DNA of 61,808 bases, filler included, from Kipferlia bialata (taxonomy: Eukaryota): assembly GCA_003568945.1 (NCBI GenBank). It is 5 parts of 5 records of this genome, joined end to end, with 100 filler letters (N's around TTAATTAATTAA, not from the genome) between each part and the next. Parts side by side here need not be neighbours in the genome. Positions count along the whole stretch, not along the records: positions 1 to 15,325 come from BDIP01000715.1; 4 more parts are not named here. One strand, given 5' to 3'. The position numbers and the translations under genes were made by a program. Positions 1 to 12,725 of the stretch are shown here, piece after piece. Under the pieces are notes generated by a model, which did no database searches, was not told the origin of the DNA, and worked only from the letters and a program-made list of their open reading frames with translations. How positions within the stretch are numbered: the first letter of the stretch is position 1; the number at the start of each line of letters is the position of its first letter.

Positions 1-466
1 TAAGGAGACTGTCCATGGACGGTATTGGCATTCTACCACACATAACACTTGATAATATGTGGGGAGTATCAAAATTAATCAATACATAGGTACTGTCCAG
101 GGGAATATATATTCTTACATGCCACACTGGTGACCCGGAGGGTCACGCCGCACTAGTCTTTCAAGCAGGAACAATCTTTGTCCAGCAAAGAGTCCACCAG
201 GCCCACTGCAACTTTCAGTCTGTAACTACAGTGTAACTACAGACTGTAGTCTACAGTGACTCCTTGCGTATTAGTGGAGAGCAGTAACAAGTTGCAGTGA
301 CAGCAGTGCTGACTCAGCACCCTCTTCATTACACTGAAGCCTGGTATCCCTGCAGAGTCAGCCGTACCGACCGCCCATCTAAAGTTTAGATTCTAAACTA
401 TTACCCGTAACTTAGTCCAAGTAGCAGGACCTTCTTTAGAGATCTAAGATCATCAGATCTTGCACT

Positions 467-1417
467 ATGACTGGCCTCACCGTTACCCACCTCTCCCTAG
501 AGAATCACCCAGGTGCAGATGGAGTGTCTGTGTCCATATCCCACAACCAAGTCATGTGGATAGGGAATCTAGTTGGAAGAGCTGACAAGCACTGCATCAT
601 CATAACAAGGCTCTCGGACGGGTCTTTTAGAGAAGAATTGAGGGATTGCCCAATTAGTGGACGCCTGGAACTTGGACTCGTCACAGCAAGTGTAGCTTCT
701 GGAGAAGTATATCTTCTCTTTGACCGGTTGGTCCCAGTGGTAGGGCCAGAGCTACACATTCTCACGCTGGATACCTGGGAGTGGAGTACGGGGATCAAGA
801 CTCAGGACTTACGACAGTCAATGCTCTTAGGATCGTTTAGCCTAGAGGGAGTGATGTATGTGGGATCCAGGGGGCTTGATCGTAACAATAAGGAAACTTC
901 TTCCCTGGCAAGATGGAGAGAGGACAGGAGAGGCTGGGAGGTAGTGCGTGACCATGATAGTGTAAGTGTATGTTACGGGATGACTAATGGAGTAGTACAT
1001 GGGGTAACTCTGTACTATGCGGATCGAGACGAAGATGGAAAGGAAAGACTGTGCGGATATAAGGCCACGGCTCCTTTTGATATATGTGACCTTCCTAGTT
1101 GTACGATGTGTTCTCTGTCTCTGACAGCCACAAGTCGCCATATCATTGTTCCCGTAGTCGAGGAGAGATACAATGAGTTCAACATAGTTACGATGTTCTC
1201 GTATGGTCTGGTTACTGGGGAGTGGGAGAGGCTAGGAGAGGTCCATGGGCCATCGGGATTCCACTCAATCCACATGATAGGAGAGACGACAGCATTGTCT
1301 TTTGGATATGACCAACTTGGTCACCAAGGGGAGGACACGGATTACGTATCTGTTCTTGATCTAGAGGTGCCTGGGGGAGATGACTATGTCTCAGCATGTG
1401 ACTTTGAGATAACGTAG
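467..1417 (+). CDS. Intronless kelch-like beta-propeller protein (316 aa)
   Basis: Uninterrupted ORF, beta-rich, with kelch-like blade ends (LHILTLDTWEWS, FSYGLVTGEWERL, RRGWEVV). Confidence 0.6.
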   Translation: MTGLTVTHLSLENHPGADGVSVSISHNQVMWIGNLVGRADKHCIIITRLSDGSFREELRDCPISGRLELGLVTASVASGEVYLLFDRLVPVVGPELHILTLDTWEWSTGIKTQDLRQSMLLGSFSLEGVMYVGSRGLDRNNKETSSLARWREDRRGWEVVRDHDSVSVCYGMTNGVVHGVTLYYADRDEDGKERLCGYKATAPFDICDLPSCTMCSLSLTATSRHIIVPVVEERYNEFNIVTMFSYGLVTGEWERLGEVHGPSGFHSIHMIGETTALSFGYDQLGHQGEDTDYVSVLDLEVPGGDDYVSACDFEIT

Positions 1418-1825
1418 ATACTCTATATGAAGTGGTTGAATTCCTTTGTCCTGGGGATCAGTATCACTATATGGCTCATAGATACCAAAGTATTTATATA
1501 TGCCCGTGACTTTGAGATTGCGTAGATACTTTGAGATTGTTTGGAGGTTAGAAGAGCGGTATATGAGTGTTGAGCACAATAGTTACTACTCTCATCACTT
1601 GTTGGACTGCGGTTTCATTGCTACTAGACGTTTAGTGGGGGGTTTGTTTGGAACCAGTAATTGAGTTGAAACACATTGGAGCACATCACACACGTCTCCT
1701 GATAGTATAAGAGTCAGTATTCAATTCTGTATTGACCAAGGACACAATCACAATCAAATATATGAGATACGTAGTATATTGCTTCAATACTGTTGAATAG
1801 AAGCTCCTATGCCAGTCTCTGATTG

Positions 1826-1848
1826 ATTAGTGAAGGTCCTTCACTAAT
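1826..1848. repeat. Perfect inverted repeat, 11-bp arms with 1-nt spacer
   Basis: ATTAGTGAAGG-T-CCTTCACTAAT. Confidence 0.85.
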
Positions 1849-1863
1849 AGGGATTCACGGAAT

Positions 1864-2958
1864 CTATTCTTTCACGTTCCACCTCTGAATCAGGTCCTCA
1901 TTGACTATGGCATACATGTACTGGTCACTGAGGGGTGAGGATGTAAACAAGGAATGTAACTACTATGCATCCAGATTGAATCTACAGTTATTCTATATCA
2001 ATGTCTGGGTGTACTTGATGCACTTACATTACCACTCCACTCTTCACTGAACTGGCTCTCAATAGACCCTCGCACTGGAAACCAGACTTCTCTAGGACCT
2101 GTATATGAGATGTATATGGTAACATGAAGTGGGACACGAATGTATATTCTATTCTGTATTCAGATAACGAATTACGTAGAAATATGGTAACTTGATATTT
2201 GAACAAGGTGCCAATAGGTACACAACAGTCCCAGAAGACGCGCTTGGCAGAATGCAACACTAATGACTAGATGTGACCTAATGTGCAGCAGCACATGTGT
2301 TCATACCTTACAACTAGCCCTGTTGTGACTGTATGGCTCTGCGAATACCCTCAGTAGGCCAAGGGTGGAGAAGGCGTGCTGGACTATGGCCCTGGGTTAG
2401 CAAGGCAGGTATACATACTTGTATACCAATATATTTCATTGTGAAGATATCAAGTATACACTAGCTGTACCGTCCCTGTGACCACCTCCTGCACTATATT
2501 ACCTATATATAGATCATAGAATACAGTCAATGACATGCATAATTGTATATTCTCACTTGACTGCTCCTGTGACCACCCCCTTGCCCCAGTGCTGCTCAGA
2601 CAGCCAGTAACCTGTCGTGAGTATATATATGTATATGAGTAACAATATGGCAGCCAGTAAAAGTATAGTGAGTGTTATTGATTATCAATATATGACATGG
2701 AGAAGAGAGAGAGAGAGTGTGTGTGTGTAGGAGAGAGAGGATGGGCTGATCTCACCTAATTCTGCAGAGTATCTCTCCACATCCTTCCCAAGAGTCAGAC
2801 CGACACATCCGACGACCTCCTCCCCTTCCCCCCTCTCCCCCTCGTAGACTATACCCAGCAAGGGAGGCAGGTCAAAACCCTCCTGGACACTGTAACCCAG
2901 GAAGGTAATGGCATCGTCTGATAGTTAGAAAGTGGATGAAGATATAGGATGAAGATAT

Positions 2959-2995
<37 letters not shown>

Positions 2996-3942
2996 GGGTA
3001 GGAAGGCAATGGTATCATCTGACTATGAGAAGAAAGAGAGGGAGGGAGAGGGTATGCAGGTGCCTAAACAAGATGGAGAAAGAAATATAGAAAGAGTGAG
3101 AGAGAGGGTATGTTGAAGAGAGAGAGAGAGATAGTATATATGAGCATCCCCCCCAAACAAGAGAGAGGAATATCACGGTTAAGAGACAGAGAGAAGACTA
3201 GTTAGTGAGTAGGGGGGGGGGGGGGGAGACAGCACGAGAGAGAGAGAACTCTACACCTTGGGGGAGAGAGAGAGAACTGCAAGTACCTAGAGTGTATGGA
3301 TGTGGGAACATGTCTCTGAGGTATGAGAGAGAGAGAGAGAGAGAGTGAGAGAGAACTGCAAGTACCTAGTGTGTATGGGTGTGGGAACATGTCTCTGAGG
3401 TTGGCCGCTATGCTTGGGTTGTTGGCATGCCTGAGGGGTAAGGGAGAGGGGTATTAATATGTTGACAGTTGAAGTATTCTCATTTGAAGCACATTTCTAG
3501 GCCTAGTATGAGTATCACAGAGAAGTGCACCATGCATAGTCCATGCCAAGCTCTAACCTCCGACCATGACCTAGAGAGAGTGATAGTATTGTACATGCAC
3601 GGACAGTGCATGTATCTAGCAGACAGAGTGAGTGTGATACCTTGCTATGACCTCTGCATCGGTGTGCCTCAGTCCCTCACTTAATATATGTATATGATAC
3701 CTTGAGGTACATATAGTGATTGTATAATGCACCTTGCTATGGCCTCTGCATCGGTGTGCCTCAGTCTCTCTACATATATACGTATACATATGATGCCTTA
3801 CTAGATATATAGATAATGACTGTATAATGCACCTTGCTATGGCCTCTGCATCGGTGTGCCTCAGTCCCCTCAGATAGTACCCTGGCACTCCAATGTCTAG
3901 CCTCGTAGAAGCACTTCCCGACTCCACGACACTCTCTTGCAT
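1864..3942 (-). CDS. GNAT N-acetyltransferase, RimJ/RimL-like (Acetyltransf_3), about 7 exons
   Basis: GT-AG splicing with consistent phases gives YYLRGLRHTDAEAIARHANNPSIAANLRDMFPHPYTLDDAITFL...VVGCVGLTLGKDVERYSAELGYWLSEQHWGKGVVTGAVKAIVQHAFSTLGLLRVFAEPYSHNRASCKVLEKSGFQCEGLLRASSVKSGVVIDQYMYAIVNEDL; classic ELGYW..HWGKG and N.AS..VLEK.GF..EG motifs. Confidence 0.92.
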
Positions 3943-4318
3943 TTGGTATAACTGTATCAAGAGTTAAGAGAAGATAGAGAGACAAGCTCGGGAACGACAC
4001 AATAGTTGGTGTTATTGTCATTATTGTGTGTGGTCCACACATCCAAAACACGGTTGCTTTGTGACAAGACCCGGCATCATGCCACAGTCAGGGATTCGTG
4101 ACGTGTCTGTTAGGCGTGGGAACACGTAATGAGTATATAGTTGGCAGATCTCAGTCTGGGGCCTGTATATAGTAGGAGTCCTAATACGCGAGGAGGACGT
4201 AGTTTCATGTGGCGATTACTAATCAGTGCTCTCTAATATATTGAATCCCGACATCCATCATTGCTTCTAAATGTCCACTGTCGCTAGCCCTACCCAGATG
4301 TGGCCCCCAGTCTAGCAC

Positions 4319-4950
4319 CTAGTGGAAAGGTGTGGTACCAATACCTCCCTCACTGAGGGAAGCTCCCTCCCCTTCAGTCTCGTCTGATACACCTGAGATG
4401 GCCATCTTGGCCTTGCCTGACTCTGTCGTATCATCACCCTCTGCGGATGACGTGCCAATAGGCCCTGCCTCTGGGTTAGAGGCTAGTAACATCCTCGTGA
4501 ACATGGTGTGCACAGCGCACTCCCTCTCGTACTCGTCCAGCATGTCTGGCCCGTCTGAGCGTCTGAGCGTCTGAGCGTCTGAGCGTCTGAGCGTCTGAGC
4601 GTCTGAGCGTCTGGGGGTATAGGGAACAGGTCGCTAGGGGACACCAGGTCCATCTTGGTGAGGAAGGCGGCGCAACGACGCAGAGCATCTGCTTGGGTGT
4701 TGGCCCTCAGGACCGGAGTACCAACCTGAGTCAGGTTGGTACCAACCAGGCACCGGTTGTGATAGAGAGCCAGAGACTCGACGCACTCGAAGAAGACCTT
4801 GATCCTACCGAGTCTCTCGGTTCTTGCTGCCTCAGTAGAGTCTGCACAGACTGACATGTAGTGTGATGTGTCGAGGATGGTTTGATAGTGCATACTCCCT
4901 TTGGGTTGGCTATCGACTGGTGGTGTGTACAGTGAAAACGGACACACCAT
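4319..4950 (-). CDS. Hypothetical protein whose frame is broken by an 8-bp tandem repeat (possible pseudogene or assembly copy-number error)
   Basis: ORF 4483-5088 (MVCPFSLY...PIPPD) joins ORF 4319-4543 (GPDMLDEYERE...) in frame when the repeat count is a multiple of 3. Confidence 0.55.
4553..4613. repeat. Perfect (GTCTGAGC)7 tandem repeat plus partial unit
   Basis: Read directly. Confidence 0.97.
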
Positions 4951-5214
4951 GAATCCCAGTCTACTGTTATACATGAGACTCTGAGCGAGTACTGCAACAA
5001 AAATGTGTACTGTGCTATTACTACGATTTAGGGAGTGTATGTCAAGCATAAGCTTAATTCTTAAGTAAAGACACGCTCTAGATGGCACAGAATCTCAACA
5101 TATCAGAGAATCAGTACAACATCGGGGTCTCTATGCCTACAAAAGCACTTGACTGTACCATCTCTATATATGTATACACCAATGATATAGGGAGACTGAA
5201 CCCAACTGGATATG

Positions 5215-6787
5215 CTAAGACCCCTTGTCCACCACTGGACTGAACGATGACCCCCCCTTCCCTGTCCCCCCCAATCTACCCAGGATGGTGCCCAACAGCT
5301 TGATCTCGGCCACACCCTCCTGGGCCTTGATCCTCTCGCTAACTCGCAGATACAGCATCTGCATCTCTCTCTTAGCCTTGGCCTGATCTGCCAGACTCTC
5401 TCTCTCTCTGTCAGTGTAGCTACCAACTGTCCCCACCTCACCCTTCTTCTTCTTACTCTTACTACTATCCCCTGTCCTTGGTAAGGGTGCAGATGGGTCA
5501 ACATCAAACAGACACCGAGGGTACATGCCTATACCCTCATCAAAGACACCGCGAGATAGGGATACATGGGGTGTCACTGAGGGTCTGGCTGTGCTCTTGT
5601 CCCTACTGTGTGGTACTATCACCGAGAGACCCCTGTTCTGAGAGGCCTTGACGGATACACCCAGCAGGGCGCCGAGGGTGGAGGCTGCCTTGTCCCTAGC
5701 TAGGAGGACAGAGGGGTCGAGGGGGGGAAGGGGCGTAGACTGGGAGTAAGACATAGAAGCATACGCATAATGGATAGATGTATAAATATATATGTATATT
5801 GAGGAGGGCAGAGGGGTCGAGGGGGGGGAGGGGGGTTGACTGGGGATTAGATACAACTATATGTAGAGAGAGAGAGACAGAGGAGTCGAGGGGGGGGGAT
5901 GGAGGTAGACTGAGTATTTGATAAATGTTTTATGAAGTATGGGGCAGATGGCTCTAAAGTATCATACACTAGAGAGAGAATGATATGAAGCATGACCAGG
6001 AAGGGAAGAGAGGTCAATGCCATAACTAACCTCCATCGATGCCAGTCCTGCTGCTGTGTATCCGTTGGAGTACACGTCACTCTGGTCAAGGGCCTAATGG
6101 TCAGAAGATGGGACAGTATCACATATACTATACAACGCTATAATATATATATAATGTATATATCTCTCTGGCAAGCCTAGGGCCTAGGGATCAGACGACA
6201 GAACACCGACTGAATCAACAGCGACTCGCACATGCTCTTTGGGGAAAGAGAGCGTAAAATTGACAGTATAGATAGTATATATATTTGTATGGGTGTCTGG
6301 TGCACCAGCCACCCCTCGAGCTGTACCGGTGCATGTGTAACCACCTACTTTCAGACCACTACAACGATATATACAGCATATATATAGAGAGGGTATAATG
6401 TCAAGAGTATACCTCCAGCTGTGCCGCTGCATGTGCGACATCCTGGACCAGCCTGTCCCTAGGGTGAGAATATAATATACATATATATAGAGAGAGATAG
6501 AGAAAGACAGAGCGAGATAGAGAAAGAGGGACTCTGGACCAGCCTGTTCCTGGAGTGAGAAGAGATAGACACTCAATACCATATTACTAGACACACAGAG
6601 TATATATATATATATATATATGGACATACAGAGAGAGAGGGAGACTCAGGACCGGCCTGTCCCAATATGTTGAGAGATAGTGTGATGGGGAGAGAGGTCC
6701 CCTAACCAGTGATGTTGAGGCACTACCATACTGAATTGAAGAGAGAGAATCCGCAACAGTGTCTCCCCTGAGCAATGGAGAGACCAC

Positions 6788-6822
<35 letters not shown>

Positions 6823-8456
6823 CCTAGTGTTGTTGAGACACACTGCCCTGCGCCCCAGTGCAGCTATCCTCCTGTGCTTCTCAAGTGGGTCCTCCTCCAC
6901 CCTCCCCCTCCTGCGCCTGTCCCTCGTGTTGACATTCCTAAACCGTGGATCGGTATCTGGGTTGACCTCCTGGGACTTGTCTGACTTGGAGGGACCAGAG
7001 GCAGCCATTGCAGCCAGTCTCTCTGCTGCCCCCTCTCTCCCTGCCTTGGCCCTCTCCCTTGAGAGGACAGATAGGTAGGGGAGGTACAGGGAGGGTACAC
7101 TGGGGGTAAGAAGTATAGGAATGACGATAATGCATAAATGTCTTCATATTTAGGACAGAGAGGTAGGAGAGGAACATGGAGGCCACACCGATGGTTAGCT
7201 ACATAAATAGAGACATAGAGAGAGGAGTAAATACATATGAAGAGACTTGAGACTCTATCTGGTGGATCCAATATCAGTATATATATAGTACATATAGATG
7301 GTATATATGTATAGGGTATATATAGAGAAGCTTTGCAACAATGCATACCTGTCCCCCAGCATGACCCTCTCCACCACCCCCAGTCTCCATACTACATAGA
7401 GCAATGCAGAGAGATACACGTGGCTCAGCTGGCTGGGGGCCCTACCCGCATACTGGTAGACACCCTCACCACCCTCACTAGCAGTCTCCCCCTCCCCCTT
7501 GAGCTGTGCCTCAGCGTAGAGTGAGTCAACCACAGTGAGGGGTGTCCCTATCTGTCTGAGGTAGTACACCACAACCTCTAGGACGTCAGCAAAGAGGGGG
7601 CTGTCCTCCTCAACAACAGGAGTATCCTCTGCCTCCTCCTCTGTCCCCTCTTCTGTTGTCTCCTGGTCATCATCACCCACACTACTATCACTGTCACTGT
7701 CTGAGGGTGTGTGTGTGTGCTCTGTCCTGCCTCCTAGCATCAGTCTCGACCCATCTGATGTGTACTGGTCCCAGACACCAGAGAGGAGGGCAGAGGCATC
7801 AGAGCCATCTAGCCTGATAGTGAGTAGTAGTAAGTATATAATATGCATCATAGTATATGTATATACTATATTTACACCAGAGAGGAGGGTAGAGGCATCA
7901 GAGCCATCTAGCCTGGGGGTAAGGGACTAATACACATACATTCAGGGCATGGATGAGATACTCCTGTGTAAGACAAAACGATTACTGGAATAGAGTGGGG
8001 AAGAGAGTTAGCGGGCTCAACGAAACCAAACATCAGCTCACTCCATTCACAAACACTAGAGAGTGCACACATCCATATGTGGCCAGTGGTAGATACCACA
8101 TAAGAGTATCTAGATGACATGATACACAATATGTAATGCAATACATACCTAAAGTCATGTAGGTGCCCTATGATGAGGGTGTCATGCAGTGCTCGGAACA
8201 GAGGCAGGGCCAGCTCCCGATCCTGCAGGGAGAAGCCCTTCATGAGCACCTGGTTGTTAGTAACCAGAGAGAGAGAGAGGAAGAGAGAGATCACCAGAGA
8301 GTGATGGACTGAGTTTGAAGTAGACATAGTGCAACAACACCCACCGCACTCGAAACCGAGATCCCATAGTGACCTAGTGAGCTGGAAATCAGGGCGAATG
8401 CGTTCTGGAAGGGATTGGGCGGCATCCTGGTGCACCAGACCCGCTGAAGAGGACAT
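5215..8456 (-). CDS. Multi-exon hypothetical protein with acidic and basic low-complexity segments
   Basis: GC-richer coding blocks bounded by GT/AG, from MSSSAGLVHQDAAQSLPERIRPDF through LDGSDASALLSGVWDQ and DPRFRNVNTRDRRRRG to GGSSFSPVVDKGS*. Confidence 0.7.
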
Positions 8457-8687
8457 ACCCAGCGTGACATAAGGGTGCAATTCTAGGAAACAAAAAACTA
8501 CGGCCTCTGGTGCTCAGTCCTGACACCTCTCTTTCCGTGGATACCTGATCGTCACCTTCTTCCCCACCCCACCTCTAAGCCCCTGTTTCGGATACCCTGA
8601 TACCCCGCTGTCGACTGGCTTCCAGTTGACACCGAGTCACACCCAGCAACCCCATTGGATAGCAAGGATTAGTAGCAGTGTTGCGTC

Positions 8688-11600
8688 ATGGACCTTGAGC
8701 AGGAGCAGGAGGCATTCTCAAGTGCCAAGAAGGAGGGTGCGTATCTACCAATCTATACACCATATCATTTGCTGGGGTCAGTGTGCGTTGAGTGAGTGTC
8801 CCCCTTGTGATTGACAGAGGACGTATCTCTCTTTCCCCTTGTCTCAATACCTGTCTCACCCCTCAGTGACCACCTCCATTAGTGACCACATGTTCGAGAT
8901 GGCCAACACACCGGCGCTTGGGTGCTACAGGTTAGTGTGTGCCTAGTACGTATATGTGTACTGGGTGGGCATCGATCTGGGGCTGTATATGATACTGGTA
9001 CCGATACCGATACAACTAACACTACTCATATTTTTCATTATGCGATTCCCCCTCGTTTCAGAGTCCAGAGACGTCTCTGAGTGTACTATATATATACTGA
9101 TAGTCTCTTTGACTGATTGTATACCCCCCCCCCCCCCCCCCTCCCCCCCCCCCCCCCCCCTTTTTTTTTCGCCCCCCCCCCCCCCCCCCCCCCGTACACA
9201 CCCTGCTGAAAGTGCCATATGGTTGGTGCAGGTACTATCTCTCTCTCTCTCAGAGAGTCTCTGTCTCTCTCCCTGCTTTCTATACTCATATGTCTGTCAG
9301 CATCATTCTGGGATACGACACTTCTCTCTCTCTCTCTCTCCCTTTCTCTCTCTTTCTGTCTGTCTCTCCCTTCCCCTCACCCCAGGTCATCCAGTCCCTC
9401 CCCCCCTGGGACACTAAGTGACTTCTATCTCTCTCTCTATGGCCCATAGACTATGGGTATTAGTATAACTGCATCCATCTAACCCAGATCATCCAGTCCC
9501 TCCCCCCCTGGGACATGTATGCACTGGGTCTCACATGCACAGACATGAGGGAGAAGGTACATACATACAGTTACATATGCCTACCTGTTCTCCATATTAT
9601 CTATTCTCTCCTGGTCACCTGCACAGACATGCACTCTAAGGTAGCTACAGACAGCCACAGATACATAAATAGATATCCCAATATTACCTACCCCCTATAT
9701 TGTCCCACACTCTCTGCCCATAGATGTCTCTGTGTGAGTCCTTCATTGATAGGTGCAGTTACACTGCACACTCTTCTCTTCTAATCCCCTCCCACCCCCA
9801 GGTCTCTCTGTGTGAACCCTCCATCGCTAGGATTAATGGTACAGACAGACAGGGACTGCGGTGAGTGGATGTACATCTATGCATATGTTGCTCTCTCCCT
9901 AACCTTACGACCAGTGCACAATGCCGCCTGTGCCGGGGTGCAGTGGAGAAGACCATCCCTGCCCTAGCTATGCCTGATAGGAAGAGGAGAGCTACTACTA
10001 CATCCAAGGCTAAGAGATCCAGGGTGATTAGCAAGGCCACCTCCCCACACCCCTCTACCTCCCCTGTGGCACCCCCTCCTCCTAGAGTGTATACATCCAC
10101 AGTACAGGTCAAGAACACAAGGGCACCTAGGGGACATGGTGTTCCTAAGGCCTCTAACACTCCATCACATAGCCCCAGTATACCTCCCCCTCTTCCTGTA
10201 CCGGGTCACGTATCAGCAGCATGGGTGCAACACACATGGCCGGATAGACCAGCACATAGAGGAGAGAGTGTCTCAAGTGTAGAGAGTATTGCCCTGCCAC
10301 CACATAGAGGAGGGAGTGGTGTCTCGTCCAAATGGCACACCACGTCCTGTCTGGCCCTTGCCTCTCTGGTGGAGGGGAGGAGGGTGGTCTCATTTTATAG
10401 GAGAGGGGAAGTGGATAAGGAGAGAGAGAGAGAGACATGCACACAGGGTGAAGCTATGGGTGTAGAGGGTGAGACAGAAGGAGATAGTGGTCCTCTGTCT
10501 GTGGTTGGTGTACACATGTCACTACCACCGGCTCTCACTAATGTGGCTGAGGTATGTCAGTGTTGGCATATATACTCTATCTATATAGTTATAGTCTGTG
10601 TGTATTTTGACCCCAGATAATCATGCTCAACCACTCTGTGTGTGTCTCCAGTGTCGGCATAGCAGGCAGTGTGTCTGTGTGCGTTTACTCTCTCTTGTAT
10701 TCTACTCTATTCACATTCAGGTCACCATGCTAGGCCCATCAGTGTGTGTATCCAGTGTGGGCATAGCAGGCAGGGGTGAGATGGGGAGGGGGGTGCTGTC
10801 AGGCACAGTTTTGACAGGGTGCAAGGTACATATATACACATACAGTGGTATATGTATACATATATAGATGCACGTGTATGTTTGGGCAGGGGGGTGCTGT
10901 CAGGCACAGTCCTCACGGGGTGCAAGGTATCATGGTTTCCATATATATATATGTGTATATCGTGTATACCAACCTATGATTTGGGGTGAAGGTGCTCTTG
11001 GCACAGTGCTCTCGGGGTGCAAGGTAGGGTCGCTCTCTTTCTCAGCCCCCAGCTTCTACTGCTCAGTCGCTGAGTATCCCGACTGGCTCTCTCTCGATTT
11101 ATGTGCTAATTCTCAGTCTATCTCCGGCCCCGTCCTCCCCGTCTCCACCAGACAGCTCTATGCCCCTGTCAACGACACAGCATTCGGTCTCTACTCCATA
11201 TCCAGCCCCAGCAGACCCATTCGTACCTGGGACATCCAGCCTATTGCTTTACACGCTTTGTCACAGCATGTCACATCTGATGAACCACCAGTGCTGGCTG
11301 TGTGTAGAGAAAGTGTGTACTGCCTCTCCCCCTCCTGTGACCCTGTGTTGGCACTGACCCTTCCCCCAGACAGGGTGTGTGTGTCATCGGGTGTTTGTAT
11401 GGACACAGACAGTGAGGGGGAGCGGGGTGGGTACATATGTGCCCTGCTAACCGTCTCAACCTCTGGAGTCCCAAGAGTGACCCTCTCTCTCTCTAGGGTA
11501 CACACACCCTCAGAGACCTGCAGGCTCACTCCCATCGGCCAAGGATCATCAAGGGCATCCTTTGGTCAACACTCTGTCCTTGTGGGATCACATTGGAAGT

Positions 11601-12437
11601 CCCTCACCCCTGACAACATCGCCTCTGTCCACACCATACCCCTACCAGGGTGTCGGTTTGTGTCACTTGTCTCTGTTGGCAACACCACACTCTGTCTGTC
11701 CACATGTGCATATGCTACTAATGGTGACTGTACTGTACCTGGTATGGGGTCACATGCCTGGCTACCTATATCCCCTGTCTGTCCCCCTGCCCCCTTATTG
11801 GCTGGGTCTGTGTATGTGCCAGGGAGGAGGCAGACAGCCATGTGGTGCTCTTTCACAAACAGGTATGAAGTGTGCTTTCAAGGTATATGTGTAGGATACT
11901 ATGTGGTATATATACTTTTGTCCCTGTGTGTGTATCGGGCAGGAGACAGTCTGCCATGTGGTGCTCAATGACTGATAGGTATATGGTATTGCTTTATGTA
12001 CTATATTCTATATATATACTCATACTTCTATTTGGATTGTTGAGGAGGCAGACAGCCATATGGTGCTCAGTGACTAATAGGTATGTTGTATAGTAGGTAC
12101 TATATATACTTGTGGGTGTGTGGTGTATTGTGGAAACTGTAGGCACTGTACGTATGTATACTCTGTTTGCATCTTGTTAAACATGACTCTCTCTCAGTCT
12201 CGCTTTGATTGTGCAACATTCTTCTTCTATCACGTCCCATCTCTTCCTCACCCTAGGGTAGTGCTTCTAGACCACTTCACCTCCACCCCTCTCTGTCTGT
12301 ACATGCACCCTGGGGGTGTGGGGGGTATACTACCAGGCCAGGTCAGGAGTGTAGGGGGGACTGTAGGATCTTCAGGGAGTCTAAATGGTGGTAGCGCTAG
12401 TGGAGTATGTAGATTGTTTGAGTTCTCAGGATCCTAG
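8688..12437 (+). CDS. Multi-exon protein with an N-terminal F-box-like motif
   Basis: Starts MDLEQEQEAFSSAKKE; exons give SLTDCIP..SAIWLVQ|IIQSLPPWDMYALGLTCTDMREK (F-box pattern), then a Pro/Ser-rich linker and a long beta-rich region; poly-C tract at 9124-9193 obscures the junction. Confidence 0.55.
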
Positions 12438-12725
12438 CCACAATAGAAGATTGTGGTTCTTGTGTTAGAAGGATTTTGCTCCCTCCGCAGGTGAGGCGCA
12501 TTGGTTCATGAACCTCCTCTTCCAAATACAACCCAATGTCTTAGTGGCTGTGACATGCATATATGTGTGGGTAATACCCACTGGGTATGAACTTCATACT
12601 ATGAAGGGTTCCTGTCACCCTGTGGGACTCCCACTTAGTCAAAGCCTTAGACTCTAAATAAGATGCGACCTAAAATAGTCGCACCCTTCCCAACCTTAGT
12701 CTAAGGGGGATGCTCAAATAGGCTC

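Noticed and set aside
4553..4613. CRISPR array
   Set aside because: Contiguous 8-bp units with no spacers and no cas genes; eukaryotic context
8943..9449. Poly-Pro/poly-Gly and LSLSLS/YIYIYI/ERERER ORFs (also 15919-16373, 45846-46133)
   Set aside because: Translations of homopolymers and dinucleotide microsatellites in introns; homopolymer lengths are probably unreliable
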